In this document: positions 23,396 through 37,012 of the stretch, piece by piece | How positions within the stretch are numbered: position 1 is the stretch's first letter | Layout: the number at the start of each line of letters is the position of its first letter | From: Vicugna vicugna | Taxonomy: Eukaryota | Assembly: GCA_013265495.1 (NCBI GenBank) | Contig: MU061560.1 | Span: 186,001 to 250,000 of the forward strand | Direction of reading: 5' to 3' | Length of the DNA: 64,000 nucleotides | Notes under the pieces: generated by a model | The model's database searches: none | Told to the model about the DNA's origin: nothing | What the model saw: the letters and a program-made list of their open reading frames with translations, nothing else | Program-made: the position numbers and the translations under genes

Positions 23396-23925
23396 TTTTT
23401 TTTTTTTTTTTTGAGGCTGTTAGGCAAAGAATGCTATAAACAGATTCAGAAACTCTATGTAAATTTCAGGGCCATCAAAAACCAAGAGAAGGGGACATCT
23501 TTTAGCAGAAAGAAGCCATTAAGGAATTCTATTCAAAACTTGAAGAACTGAGTGCAAGGCCAGCCTTAGTCACAAATGTGAATCAGATGATAATTGTCTT
23601 CAGCGTTCCCAGCCTCCTCCTTCTCAACCATTCAGTTCCTTCCTTTGTGTAACTCCATCCGAATCAGGAGGAAATAAAAAGCAAGTATAACTGTAAATTT
23701 AAGTTTAATAACCTTTGCGTTTTAAACTTATTTCTAATTATGAGATGACAGGCTTCTTTATTTGTTACCAAGAAATTTCAGACATCATTGAGGGGGATTA
23801 GAAATAAGGGTAGAGGATTTAAAAAGTCTTTTCAGGGAGCCTAAAAATCACAGCTTGTAACCTACCAGCTCTTCTGACTTTAAGTCTGATTCGGTAGGTA
23901 AGTCTATTTAAAGACTAAAGAAAAA

Positions 23926-24240
23926 ATTTTTTTAAACAACTTTATTGTGGTATAATTTCTGTACAGCAAATTACACATATTTCAGATGTACATCTGATGG
24001 ATTTTGAAAGATGTACACACATACGAAACCACCACAATCAAGACACCTAACATTTCCATCACTCCCCAAGAGGTGCAAATTTCAAACTCACAATTTATCC
24101 CTTCGCACCCTGTTTAGCCCCTAGTAACCATAAGTTTGTTCTCTGTCTGTGAGCCTGTTTCTGTTTTGTAAATAAGTGTCATTTGTGTCGGTTTTTTTAG
24201 ATTCCATATATAAGTGCTATCATATGGGATTTTTCTTTCT
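23926..24240 (-). mobile_element. L1 3' fragment with alternative 3' terminus
   Basis: Same two-part structure as 50829-51138. Confidence 0.75.
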
Positions 24241-24429
24241 AAGGATTTTTCTATTTCATGTTGAGAAGTTAAAGAGAAGTGTCTTGTCTATTCCTGTTTC
24301 TGTGTGATGTCAAACTCATTCGCATTGGAAAGTTTCTCTGTGAACGTTTGCACTTTGAAATACCATATACATATTTTTAACTGACAGATAACTGGCTTAT
24401 TATATTAATTTCAGGTATGCAACATCTAA

Positions 24430-25190
24430 GTTCCCTAACCTGCAAGGCAGGCACAACCTCTGAATATCTCTCCAGTGTGGCCTGTCTTTCCAGCGTAATC
24501 TCAGGCCACCTCCCCTTTGCTTAACAAGCCTCAGCCCCTGATTTCTATTCCTTGCGCTCACCAAGCTCTTTCCTGCCTTAGGTTTTGACTCATGCTGTTC
24601 TGTCTTCCTGGAAAGCTCTTCCCCAACATTTTGTGCATCCAATTCCTTCATGTTCCTTAGAAAGTAAGACAAAATCACTTTTTAAGAGATACATTCATTG
24701 ATCATCATGCGATTTCTTTTTCTTCTTCAGTCTTATCCTTGTTTTTCTTCAAGAACTTTTACAAACAAACACACATATGCTGCTTATAGGTGTCAAGTAC
24801 TATTCTGTTCACAACAACCTCATAAGTAGATTAAATTACTGTCCCCTCTTTAAGGATGAGGTAACTGAGGCACCCACACAAGTAAGTGGCAAATTTGGAT
24901 TTGACCCGAGCAGATCAGCTTGCGCTCTTAACCACTCTGCTGTATCCAGCCTGCCAGTGTTACAACTTGGAATTATTATCTCAATCTGTCTTTTTTTGTA
25001 GCTGCTCTTTGTTTTTCATTTCTGTTACTGTTTGCTTGCCTTTGTCTGTCCCTTGCCAACATGAGCTCCATGAATCAGGGACCACTAAGCCCTGACATGT
25101 TATTGGCCATTGATTTCACAGTGCCTGCTGTGTACCTGGGACATAATGGGTACTTAATAAACATCGCCTTCATGAATGAATGAATGAGTG
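24430..25190 (+). mobile_element. L2 3' remnant with nested MIR (~24770-24940)
   Basis: Ends ...acataatgggtacttaataaac...(tgaa)n; MIR core gatgaggtaactgaggc. Confidence 0.65.
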
Positions 25191-26252
25191 AGAGCAAGAG
25201 GAAGCAATATTCATGCTGATAAAGCTGGTGGAAAGTTGGTTTGAGGTACTAGGCCACAAAAATACAATTTTTCCTAAATATTTGTAGGTAAGGAAGTTCC
25301 CTAAGTGATTGGAGGCTGCTAGGATAAAGAAATATGAGGGAACCCTGCTTCTAGGAACGATTTAAGAAATGATTTTCTAGATACGTGTCATTGATATGTA
25401 TACACATACATGTATGTACATATATATGGTATGTCTGACATAGGTATGAAGAAAGAGAGAAGTGTAATTGTGTAGAAGTGGAAGACTATGATATATACGG
25501 AAATAAGTTTGCTTTCTTCAAGTTAAATGCCAACATAGAAAGGGCCAAAGTTGTAATAAGCAAAATCTTAAAGTATTGAAATAGTGTACATGTCCGAATG
25601 AAACCAGACTGAATATATTAATAAAAGTATTAATCAGAAAAATGAGGTGGGGGAGAGCCTGGGGAATGGGTGGCAATGGAAGCTTAGAAGAAGGAAAAGG
25701 AGACATACAGAATCTGCTCCAGGCAATATGATCCCCTTGAAGGGCTATGCTTGCACTCCGTGGAGCGAGGGCAGGCCAGGGGCATACTGGGAAAAAGGCA
25801 GCTTCGCTAACTGCAACGCCAGGTTTCCTCTCCTTCTCTTCAGGAGTTCAGCACCGTTCATCACTGTGATGGGAGACTGGACACTACGGGAGCCCCTGGG
25901 CAGCGGGTGGGGTGCTTGTCAGCTGCAGTGAGATCAAGGCTGCGCAGGTGGAATGGAATTCATGGTGGTCCAAAGTTTCAAGTCTTTTCTTTCTTTCTCC
26001 CTTCCCTTTGCCTCTCTCTCTCTCTGTCCTTTCTTGATCAGATAACCACAAGAGAATACTGTAATTGTGAGCATGTGGAAGGAATCTTTTTTTGTCTGTT
26101 TTTGGAGACAGTGAAAATCACATCCAGAGAACCTATTAGTCAGGGTTTTGTAAGAACAGTGCCATTTGCTCTTTCTCCCACACCCTCAGTTCCTTTTTTT
26201 CCTTTGCCTGTCCACAATGATGGGAGAGTCCTGCTTTCTAACTCAGAAAGCT

Positions 26253-26255
<3 letters not shown>

Positions 26256-26293
<38 letters not shown>
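26256..26293. repeat. (GT)n microsatellite
   Basis: Directly visible. Confidence 0.95.
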
Positions 26294-26296
<3 letters not shown>

Positions 26297-26619
26297 AACA
26301 CTTCTTGGCCACTGAGAAACAGCTCTGTAATAAGTGCCACCAGGAGTCAGGGAAGGACCTGGTCAGGCCCTTGGTCCACTGATCCCACAGCCTCCTGGTG
26401 ACACAGAAATAGCCTTTTCTGCTATTGCTTCCTTTCCTTTTCGTTCTTCTCTGTTCTCATCTCATCTCCATTCTTTATTCTCTTTCTCTCTGACTTTGCC
26501 TTCATCTCCTCTTGTGATTCTTCATCATCACTCTTCATGCTGATTAAAGTGGTCTTCTTATGAGCACCTAATACGTAGTTGCTGATTCTGTATTAGTAAC
26601 GCATGAAGGCGAAGCTAAC

Positions 26620-26850
26620 ATAATGATCCAGGTTAGCGCTCCGGAGTTATGGCTACATTTTGGCTTTACAAGTTAAGAGATGCCTGACTTTGGGAAAATC
26701 ACTCAACTTCCCTGTGCCTTTCTTTTACTATCTGTAAACTGGAGATAATGGTTCCCACCTCAAAGGGTTGCTGTTAGGATGGGAGAGATTGCGTATACCA
26801 AACTTAGAAGAATGCTTGGCACATGGTCTCATGAACTATTAGCTCTTATT
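26620..26850 (-). mobile_element. MIR
   Basis: tgactttgggaaaatcactcaacttccctgtgcc...atctgtaaactggagataat core. Confidence 0.7.
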
Positions 26851-27552
26851 ATTTGAAAAAATGTCTATTGTGGGGTACCTATATTGATTTCATATATAGG
26901 GAATTTCATGCAGTTTTCCTTTATTGAAGAATCCGTAGACTAGAACTACTGGGGCAAGAAATAATAGTACCTAGTGGTTTACTGGGTGCATGCATTATAG
27001 AGCTCTCTTTCTGAGTAGTGATCTTGTGATAAGCGAGCCACAGAAAGCTTGGGTGAGGGCAACCAATCTTTAGCAAAGACTGTCCTGAGTGGGTAATACG
27101 GTTAGCTGCTGAGAGCGGGAAGTGAATCAGGCCAAGCTAGGGAAGGGCAGGGAGGGAACGCGAGAGGAGGCAGGAAGGAGGGGCGGAAGCGGGAGCCTAG
27201 GCGTGCGTCTGGAAGGCTCCCGAGCATAGTGTCTGGATGCAGGAGGCCGAGGAAGGATGCTGCGATCCCAGCGGGCGAGAGGAAGGATGCCCGGGCCCCG
27301 AGCGCGTTAGTGGCTGTTCGCTGCTCTTCGGGGAAGGCGCAGGTTCCAGGCAGTCTCCTGAGCTTGGGCTCCCGGCGCAGCCAGAGGGCCGGGCGCCCAC
27401 GCCACTCTCGGGGGCCTCGACGTCCACCGGGCGAAGCCCCCGGGAGGAGCTCCCGCCAGGGGGCGAGCCGGGCCCGGCCCGGCCCGGCCAGGCCAGGCCA
27501 GGCGGGGGTCCCTGCCGCTCGCGTCCCGCCGCCCGGGCCGCGGCCCCCCGCG

Positions 27553-27563
27553 NNNNNNNNNNN
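27553..27563. other. Assembly gap (11 N) in the promoter CpG island
   Basis: Run of n. Confidence 1.
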
Positions 27564-28110
27564 GCCGACTCCGTCCGCCTCCCCGCCCCCCGCCCGGAGC
27601 CCCGGCCCAGCGCGCAGGGAGGGAGGGAGCGAGCGAGCGAGCGGGCGGGCGGGCCGGCGCCGCATCATTCCGCACCCGCTGCAGCGCGGCCGGACGGAGC
27701 AGGTGGAGCGGGCGGCAGCCGCGAGCCGGGCCCGCGGGGACTGCAGTGACGCGGCCCCGAGACATGGCGGCCGCGCGCCTCTGAATAAGCAGAATCCGAG
27801 CCCCCGGCCGCCGCCGGCCGCCGCCGCAGCCCGGGCCATGCCGCGCGGCCGCTGAGCGCGCGCAGGGGCGGCCCGCAGGGCACATGCCCCCGATCCTCCC
27901 CGCCGCCTTCTCCATGTCGCCGGCGTCTCGGGCGGTGTAGCTGCGGCTGCCGGAGGCGCAGTCACGGCATCGCCCTGCTCGCCCACCCGGCCGCACTTCT
28001 CTTTCCATTCGCATCCTTCCCTGCTCCTCCTCTCCTTCTCCCTCCCCCCGCCGGCTCTGCATCCATCTCCCCCACCCCGTCATCCCCTCCTGCGTCCAGC
28101 CGCCGGGGCT

Positions 28111-28323
28111 ATGGCCGCGGAAGAGGTATTGCAGACTGTGGACCATTACAAGACCGAGATAGAGAGGCTGACCAAGGAGCTCACGGAGACGACCCACGAG
28201 AAGATCCAGGCTGCCGAGTACGGGCTGGTGGTCCTGGAGGAGAAGCTGACCCTCAAGCAGCAGTATGACGAGCTGGAGGCTGAGTACGACAGCCTGAAAC
28301 AGGAGCTGGAGCAGCTCAAAGAG
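28111..28323 (+). CDS. BICD1: Protein bicaudal D homolog 1, coding exon 1 (71 codons, phase-0 donor)
   Basis: Translates [71 protein letters not shown], the recognisable BICD1 N-terminal coiled coil. Kozak context gctATGG, canonical donor GAG|GTGAGT at 28323/28324, inside a CpG island. Confidence 0.97.
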
Positions 28324-31300
28324 GTGAGTTGCCCGTCACCTCTTCCCTGCTCGGCCCCCGTTCCCCCACCCTCGACGCCCACTCAGCGTCTATGAAGAAG
28401 TCGGAGAGGATGCTCTTGAAGGGACTGTTTCTTCATCTTTGAGCTCTTTGTTGATAAGAAAAGATTGAAAGAGCCCATTGTTTTACCCCCCAAGAGAGCA
28501 GTTGCCCAGGAAGTGAATGTATAAGCTGGAATTTGGGAGGTGATGACTGCTGAGGCTGTGGGGGAGAGGGATTCCTGAGAGTCCTTAAGGATCGGCGCTC
28601 AAAGGCGACATTCTAGTGGGTTGGAATGCGTAAATCAAACTTCTCAAACTGCTGTTACATCAGCCCAGGTTTCAATGTCACTCCCCTCATCCACAAAGGC
28701 GATGAGTAGGTTTGTGTTGAGGACCCACAATTTCAGGATGGTTGCCTCAGCCTTGTGCTGAAGGTAGCCACTCCTTGATGAGACTGGGGACTGTTTTTAG
28801 AAGAACTCCCCGCCAGTCCCGTTTGACAAAGGCTGGGCAGTCTTCTTTCTCCCTCGCCTTAGTTATTCTTGTCACCGGCTGCAGGAGAAAAACAACTCTG
28901 CTGCTGGGTGATGTGCTGCCTTGATTTAACCTCTGAGTGAGGCTGGGCTGTGCCCGAAGTCTTGTAAGGTCACCCTGAGCGGGGAAGATCTAACTCCCCT
29001 GCAAATGGCCTGAAAGAATGATATATGTCAAGTTCGTGCATAGCCGAGCATTTCAAATGAGGCTCTTCTGTTAGAAATGACTGTATGAATAAAACCAGAG
29101 TATCTCAAATGGGCCCCATATATATAACACTTGCCCTCTTTAATCTTTTGGTATTTGGCATCTTTTAGAAACTGACTAACGTATAGGAAGAAAATAAGTG
29201 GTGAATATGCTTTGATTTCCTATCAGAGACAAAATAATACACTATTGTTGAAGGGAGTCAGTCTGTTTTCCCTGATTCCTGAGGCACTATGGGTAGCAAG
29301 TAACCAGCTATATATGCAGATGTGCACACTGGTTTTCTGTGTGGCATGTCTTTATTTTTAGGTGAATGTTGGCATTTTAAATGTTAATTCTAATTTGATA
29401 TGTAACATTATTCAGAAATTTTTTTTGTAATGTACTCAGTTTTTCAGGAGGGTGTCTTGTTTTATATTATCACAGTTAAAAAACATGACTTATGACATCT
29501 AATCAACTTACCTAATAATTTAGTACATAATATGGTAGGCATTTATACTTTGAGGTATGTCTTTTTTCATTCTGATGCCTAACTGCCAAAAAATAAACAT
29601 ATGGTAAAAACCCCAAGTAGAAATCTGATTTTTGGGTATTTAGCTGTAAATTTGTAGTCCATATTGTTTTGTATTGTTTCGCGTTTTGGGTTTTTTTGGT
29701 TATCATGTACCTGTCTGTTCTTAACTACAGCTGGATTTACTGGTGTTTTCCAACTTAGAGTAGATCTTCAGCTGATATGTTTAAATTCAGTGATGGTGAA
29801 CCTTATGAAGTCAGAAAACAGGGTGATGATTGTAAATCTCAGCGGTATTTTGATGTCTACACTTATGAGGACAGCTTTGCCAAAACAAGGAAGTGCAAAC
29901 CAGGCACTGTTAGCCATCACCTCCTTTATAAACGTGGTAGGATTAATTTAACGAAAAGGAGTGTGACTGTTAGATGACCTTCCTGCTTGATTCAAACAAC
30001 CCTGCTAGGTTTCCTGTGTCATTACAGTCGCCCTGCATAGTAAACCTTAATACAGTTGTCTTTTGCTTTTCCTAGACCATAAGCTCTTAAGGAAAGGAAT
30101 CTATCTTTACATTACATCCAGTCTTTATCACAAAACCTAGCACCTAGTGAGTGGTATTTTATGAAAGAATACATTTATACTGAAAGACGATAGAACTTTT
30201 TCAAGCATTCACTAGTCAATATTGGCTAGTGCCAGAGAAAGACTAAAAGAATTAGAAAGTATAGAAAGTGACTAATATTAAAAACTACCTGTATTACTTT
30301 CATTAGCAATAATAGGAAAAACAAGAAAAAGTGTTTTGTAAGAATAGTGTAACTGGTTTCTTAATACAGAATATTGCAACTACCAATTACTATTTCTTCT
30401 ATAAAAAATTGTGGCGTATTCGTATCTTGTTGTGTATAGCAGGAGGTTAATAAAAATTTATCAGGATCATTTTTACCAAATGATACTTGTTAATACATGT
30501 ATTTGAGTTGCATTTAGCATAAATGCAATTTAATGTTAGGTTCCCAATGAACTGGCTTATACAATTATATAAAAATGTACTTTAAGGTAATGAAAGAATC
30601 ATTGTATTTGGTTATTTGATAGTGAGACCTGTTATTCTGATCCTGCACTTTAGTTGCGAGTATTATTTAAATGAACTAAATCAGTCTCACTACTGTTTGT
30701 TTCCTATTTGAAAAGTAAATCCAAAATAATCGTGCAAACTACGATATTCTAGCGATATCTTATGGAAGCCATTTTTGAGAAACATGTTTTGTGAGTGCTC
30801 TTGATTTTTCAAAATCATATTTTATTCATTTTCAAGTTTATATACTAAATGATGATGCATTATCTATATAAATAAAGCCAAGTATAAAATCTTCGGCTTA
30901 TTTCTGGGCTCTTTCAACAAATATGATTCATTTAAAAGTAACTGGATCGGTTTATGGGAATGTCAGCAGGAAAGCACTGTGTAAGTCCAAGTTGGATGCT
31001 GGTGGTTTGCAGTGTGGCGACACGGCTCAGTCTTTACAGGTCATGTTTGTTTGCAAGAGTCAGCACCCAACAATGCTACTGCCCTCCCTCCCAGGCTTTT
31101 TACTGCTCTGACGATAATCCGAGTGAGCAGTGTTGCTGAAGATGTGCGGAATCAAGATGATGAATTCATGAGTTTTTTTTTCCTAGTGATTTTCTTCCGT
31201 AGGTCAGGCATGCTTTTTGACTTGGCTCATCCTTGAGCCTACACAACTGCTGTCATTCTGTTCCCGAAAGAAGACTCTTGAAAAAAAAAAAAGTACTGAT

Positions 31301-34300
31301 GATGTGAAAAAAGAATGACTGACTTCGGACATCATCATCATGTTTCCCTTTTCATTGTCTTTGGGAAGCTGGACCGAGCACCTATCCGCTAGAATATTCG
31401 GCCGCGGTTTTGCTTTTATGATTTCACGAATAATGCATGCTTTTCCGAGGCCTGAAGGGTACCCAGACCCAGTTAGGTTCAGGGCCTGGCTGATTGTATG
31501 TTTGAGATGTGTGTAAATCAGCACTGTGTCTGTCACCCTGGCCAAAATAGTGTTTGAAGAAGAGTCATGTTTCTGAAATTATTTGAAAACTAAAAATATT
31601 CATTTGTTTAAAAAAAAACCCTAGAATTTAAATTCAAGGGTTTTGTTTTTGTTTTTGTTTTTTGTTTTTTGGCTTTAAAAATGTTTGAAATTTAAAATAT
31701 TGTAATGTTTAAAAAGATCCCCGTAGAAAGGAGTGATTCAGCATTCCTGTTAGCATTTTACGAAACACATCCATGTGACAACATGAGAAAAGTTTTGCAG
31801 CTAGGTTACAGTAGACGCTCTACTAAGAATCTCTGACTCATTTTCTCTCATTTTCTCAACCTGACATCAAGGATAGACACTAGCTGCTGAGGAAGCACTT
31901 TGTGGACATAGAGCAGCTTTTCTTTCTGGGGCCAATTTGAAGCTTTTTCAGGACCGTAGTTACATCATTCAAGAAATAAACATTGAACTCAGAGACTTTT
32001 AGAGATCATCACATTAGGACCTGTTGAAAGCCATTTAACTACCTGAATTCGTCTTTAAACAGAACTAATTTTTTCCCCCTATATGCTTAGAAAGACGGTT
32101 AGTTTCTCTTCTCTTTGTAAATTCTAAATCATAAAATCATATGGGGAAAAACCCCCAGGTTTCTTTTCTAATCCAAGAATAAACACAGAGAAAGTTAACA
32201 CTGAATTTGTTAGTATTGGCTAGTGTTTTTTCTCTCTTAAAGTTTTTGCTGAAGAAATGTTACATTTATTATCAGATAATTTTGGAAAGTGTTTACAAGC
32301 AGCCTCATCAAAGAAGCATAATCATTTTCAACTGCATTTTTTTTTTCACCCAATTTCCCTAACACGTGCCATTTTTGCTTTTTGTTTCAACTCGGAAGAT
32401 GTCTCCTCTGGCAAAGTTATTTCTCAGGTGTCATTTAGCAAGATTTTATAATCTCTCATCACATTCACCATATTTGCATGAACAGCAGCCACGGTTTGAA
32501 GATTTTTTTTCGGAGTTTCATGCTTAACAAAATATTCTTCCTTATCTTCCCTTTACATACACATGCACTTTATGGATGTTGCATTCTAAATTGAAAATAT
32601 AATGAACTTGCATGTTGAAAGATGTAATAAAGGACCTTCTCACACTGAAGCTTATACCTGTAAATATGGTTTGAAGGAGAGGAGGACCTGAAGACTTGGC
32701 ACAGTCTGACTATTAAATGACTCCTTATGGTAAAGGAGAAGTAGCAGGAGGTGAAACTGGGGATGCGGTCGTGGCCATGTTTTGTATTGGGAACTGGGAA
32801 CCATTCAAAAGAAATGAAACAAAACAACGTAGTAACTGCGGTTGGTACCTTACATTTATCTCATTTAATCTTCAAAGTCACTCAGAGGCTTAGTATCCAT
32901 TTTTACAGATAACAAAATAATTGAAGTCTTAAAGCATTAAATTACGGATACAGCTCGCCTCAGGACAAGGCACTTTGCATGCCTTATCCCCAGTCTGTAC
33001 AGCCATCCTTCTACAAGTTACCGTCCTAAAGAAGAGGAGACTTGGTTTCCGAGAGGCTGAAGAGGCTTCTCGAGGCCACAAAGCTAAGTGATGAAACTTG
33101 GTTCAGGCTGAAGCCCACTTTCTTTTCACTGCGCCGAACTCCCCCCCACCAGAGGATGATACACCTCAGTCAGCCTGCAGTTTAGAAGGTCAAGGTCACA
33201 GAGGGAGGATTGCAGTTGTGCAGGGGTGGTCGGGAGTAAGAGGTGGGGACAAACCTTAGGGCTGCTGAGGAGCTGTTGGGTGGAGCATGGTTTGGATGGG
33301 ACTGGATGTGGCAAGTGAGGAAGAGAGCGGATTTGAGAATATCAGGATGGATAGCAGGTGTTTTCATTCACAAACGAAGGTTCAAGGAAGAGCAGTTTTA
33401 GGGGGTAAAGTTGATGCCCAAGTTATGAGTCCTTTTAATTCACGTTTTCTTGGAGAAGAGGCATACATTGCATGATACATTAAAATACTCAACTCTCAGT
33501 TTAATGAAACAAATGAATAATTTGTACAGCGGGCTGATGAAGCCAGATCGCATTCTGAAGTAAGAGATGTGCAGACTCATCAGAAGTGGGCAGGAGGCTG
33601 GGCTGGGGCAGGGAGGAAAAGTGGCCCCTGCTGACTTTTTGGGTTAGGGGTGCTGGGAGCAGCAGCACTCACCCCCTGCTGTCTGAGATGTACTTTAAAT
33701 TTTTTTATTTTTTTAATTAAAGTACAGTCAGTTACAATATGTCAATTTCTAGCGTATGCATAATGTTTCAGCCATCCATAGACATACATATATTTGTTTT
33801 CATTTTCTTTTTCATTATAGGTAACTGCAAGATATTGACTATAGTTCCCTGTGCATTAACACTTTTGAGTTTTTCTCTGCTTTTTTTTTCGGCCGTCAGA
33901 GTTTGATTGCTCTTTAAAAATTACAATTGTATAATTACGGCAATTTGTGGCAACCATTCCAAGTTAGATAAAAGCATAGACAACTTACTAGTTTCCCCTT
34001 CCTCTCTTCCCAGTTCTGTCTCTGTTTACTTGGTGAGTATTCTCTTATATTTGCTTTAAAATTATTTTTAGTTTTATTTTATTGAGTTATAGTCAGTTTA
34101 CAATGTTGTGTCTAAATATTTTTAAACATATGGATCCATAGGCAGGTTTTTCTGTGGTTTGTATTCTTTTGTTTTTATAAAAATGGGATCATGCCATACA
34201 TATTACTCTGCAACCTGGTGGGTTTTTAAAAATTTAATAGTATGCCCTTTTAGAATGCAGATGATCTAGGGCAGGGCAGGATGTTTAAAGCACTGATGTT

Positions 34301-35094
34301 TTGCGTGTGAAGCAAATGGGACTGGTTAGGGAAGATGAGTAGAGAGCTTCGGGGAGTGTGGTTGACACTGGAGGATGGGCGGGGCGGGGAGGTGGCCCAG
34401 GGTCAGCCCTAAGGGTAGCTTGGGTGGCAAGTGGGACAGAAAGCTAGTGTCGGTGTGGGTAAAAGATACTGATGGAGTTTGTTGGGGTGCGCCACGGCAG
34501 GCCTGTGTCATCACAGCAAGGGAGGGAAAAGATGGGAAGTTTTATGGGTGAATTAGCAGCGATTTTGATTCCTTGCCTTGGCTGGTGACGGAGCGATGTG
34601 TATCAGCAGAATAGGTGGCTGGTTTCCAGGACTGGCAAGAGCCCGTCCCGCAGTGTGGCCACATCCTGGCTGTGCTGGGTCTTGGCGAGAAGCCAAGATG
34701 ATTCAGGCAGATTGGGCCTCGTTATGTTATTCCATCTTCGCCCTGTGATGGTTGAGTGGCTTTTTTTAGCTTTTCGGAAGAAACTATTTTTTATTATAAA
34801 ACTATTTTGGTTGTAATTATGAAGATAACTTACCTTTACTGAAGACAATAAAGTACACAAAAGTATAAAGAAAATTAAAATCATCCATAATTTTATCACC
34901 GAGATATTACTGTCATTATTTAACTTCTTTCCCTCTAGCAATCCTTTATGTGTGAAGGTATATAATGAATAATATCAAAATTGATATCAGTATGAGTATA
35001 AATATAGATGCAGATAAATATGTAGATCCTAATACAGCTTTTTTCAAAATTTGAATCATGCTGTCATAAAAAATTATTTAAATTGCTCTAAGAA

Positions 35095-35530
35095 AGCCTT
35101 TTTTTAAATTGAAGTGTGGTTGATATACAATATTATATAAATTACAGTGTACAATACAGTGATTCAGTTTTTAAAACTTATACTCCATTTATAGTAATTA
35201 TAAAATATTGGCTGTATTCCCTGTGTTGTACAGTATATCCTTGTAGCTCATTTTGTACACAATAGTTTGTACCTCTTAATCCCCTACCCCTGTAATACCC
35301 CTCCCGTCCTCCCTGTCCCCTCTGGTAACCCCTAGCTCTCTATATCTGTGAGTCTGTTTCTTTTTTGTTATATTCACTAGTTTGTTTTATTTTTCAGATT
35401 TCACATATAAGTGATATTGTACAGTATGTCTTTGTCTGAATTATTTCACTTAGCATAATACCCTCCAAACCCATCCATGATGTTGCAAACAGCAAAATTT
35501 CATTCTTTTTTATGGCTCAGTAGTATTCTG

Positions 35531-35566
<36 letters not shown>

Positions 35567-35822
35567 CACATCTTTATCCATTCATTTGTTGGTGGACACT
35601 CAGGCTGCTTCCATATTTTGACAGTTGTAAATAATGCTGCTATGAACATTGGGGTGCATGTATCTTTTCAAATTAGTGTTTTTGTTTTTGTTTTGTTTTG
35701 TTGTGTTTTTTTCAGCTATTTACCCAGGAGTGGAATTGCTGGGTCATATGGTAGTTCTGTTTTCAATTTTTTTTTTTTTTTGAGAAACCTCCGTACTGTT
35801 TTACATAGTGGCTGCACCACTT
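35095..35822 (-). mobile_element. L1 3' fragment (ORF2 end plus 3' UTR) with internal (GT)n
   Basis: Antisense L1 motifs (SGIAGSYGSS...VLHSGCT) and poly-T tail. Confidence 0.88.
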
Positions 35823-36684
35823 TAAATAGCTGAGTTTTGAAATAGTTGGTCACGGTCTTATATAGCTTCTGAAATTTAGCATGTTGTGCAGGTGGTGCGG
35901 AGAAGGTACAAGACAGGAAATTGTTTGGCAGAAGTGTTTTTCCTTATTATTATGGAAGGAAATATGAGAGTGGCAGTTGATACCTTTTCCTCCTGGGATT
36001 TAATTACTTTATAAAACTAAAGGGTTGGAGTTGATCTCTGTGATTTTTATTATTATGACAGTTTTTATTATGACTCTCTATTTTCTGTGATGCTGTGTTT
36101 TAGAATTGCCAAATCTACTTATTTACCTACCTGTCCTTTACTTTTCAGGTTCAATTTTACAAAATATAGAAAAATCTTGCCTAATTGTGATAATTTTCCA
36201 CTAGGCCTCCGGGGACATACATCAATTGTTTTCTATATTTTTCTATTTCCACTCTGGTCACTCAGCTCCAGCCAGGATAATCCACCTGTCTTCACACTTG
36301 AACTATACCCGCCTACAATTGTTTTTTTTTTTAAACAATTCATAGTTCCTTGAACACCTGGCCCAACTCAGTTCCCTCTGGATTCACGTTACTTTTTGAA
36401 TCATGCCTATATTGTTCTAGAACTGATTCATTGAGTTTGCTTTCAAGGGCATGTTTGTTACTTGGCTTCAGATTGCAGAGCAAGGCCTGGTGGGTCCCTG
36501 GGAGCCAGATTTTGTATCAGAATAAAGAACTAACCAGCAAAGTTGTCTGATTATGGAATGAGGCAAGGGTTTTTAGTAAGTAGTGAGCTCCCTGACACCA
36601 GGGAAGTTTACTGAGTCTAGGCAACCAGATGCTGGGAATACTGCCTGGAGGGCTCATGCTTGGAAGGGGGTTTATACAGATTGC

Positions 36685-36782
36685 TTTCTTTCTTTCTTTT
36701 TTTGATAGAGGTTCTGGGGATTGAACCCAGGACCTCATGCATGCTAGGCAGGCACTCTACCACTGAGCTATACCCCCCCCCC
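36685..36782 (-). mobile_element. tRNA-derived SINE (Vic-1-like, short)
   Basis: Same consensus. Confidence 0.85.
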
Positions 36783-37012
36783 ATAGAATGGTTTATAATG
36801 TCCACCCTCCTTCATCTGAATTTTTTTTTATTTTATCATTCCATATGTTCCAAGGAATTTCATGTGTTTTTGCTTTTTTTTACTTCCTTCCCCACCACTA
36901 GATCACAGTGTTTCCAACATGGTCAAAATCTTCTATTTAATAGCATTTCACAGTATTTATGACTTTTGAACATTTGAAATATTCTCACAGTGTATCAAAA
37001 GTTTATCTTAGT

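Larger units (their letters stand above)
27110..28400 (+). promoter_or_regulatory. BICD1: CpG-island promoter and 5' UTR of BICD1
   Basis: Very GC- and CpG-rich, with GC boxes, directly upstream of and overlapping exon 1. Exact TSS cannot be determined; contains an 11-N gap. Confidence 0.9.

Noticed and set aside
25907..26401. 164-aa ORF upstream of the promoter
   Set aside because: GTG start, runs through CT and GT microsatellites, no recognisable domain.
27102..28197. Long overlapping ORFs (170-296 aa) on both strands
   Set aside because: Stop-poor by-product of the GC-rich CpG island; low-complexity Ala/Arg/Gly/Pro peptides spanning an N gap, with no recognisable homology.
28324..28395. 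ORF-track extension VSCPSPLPC...QRL after BICD1 residue 71
   Set aside because: Read-through past the GTGAGT splice donor into the intron.
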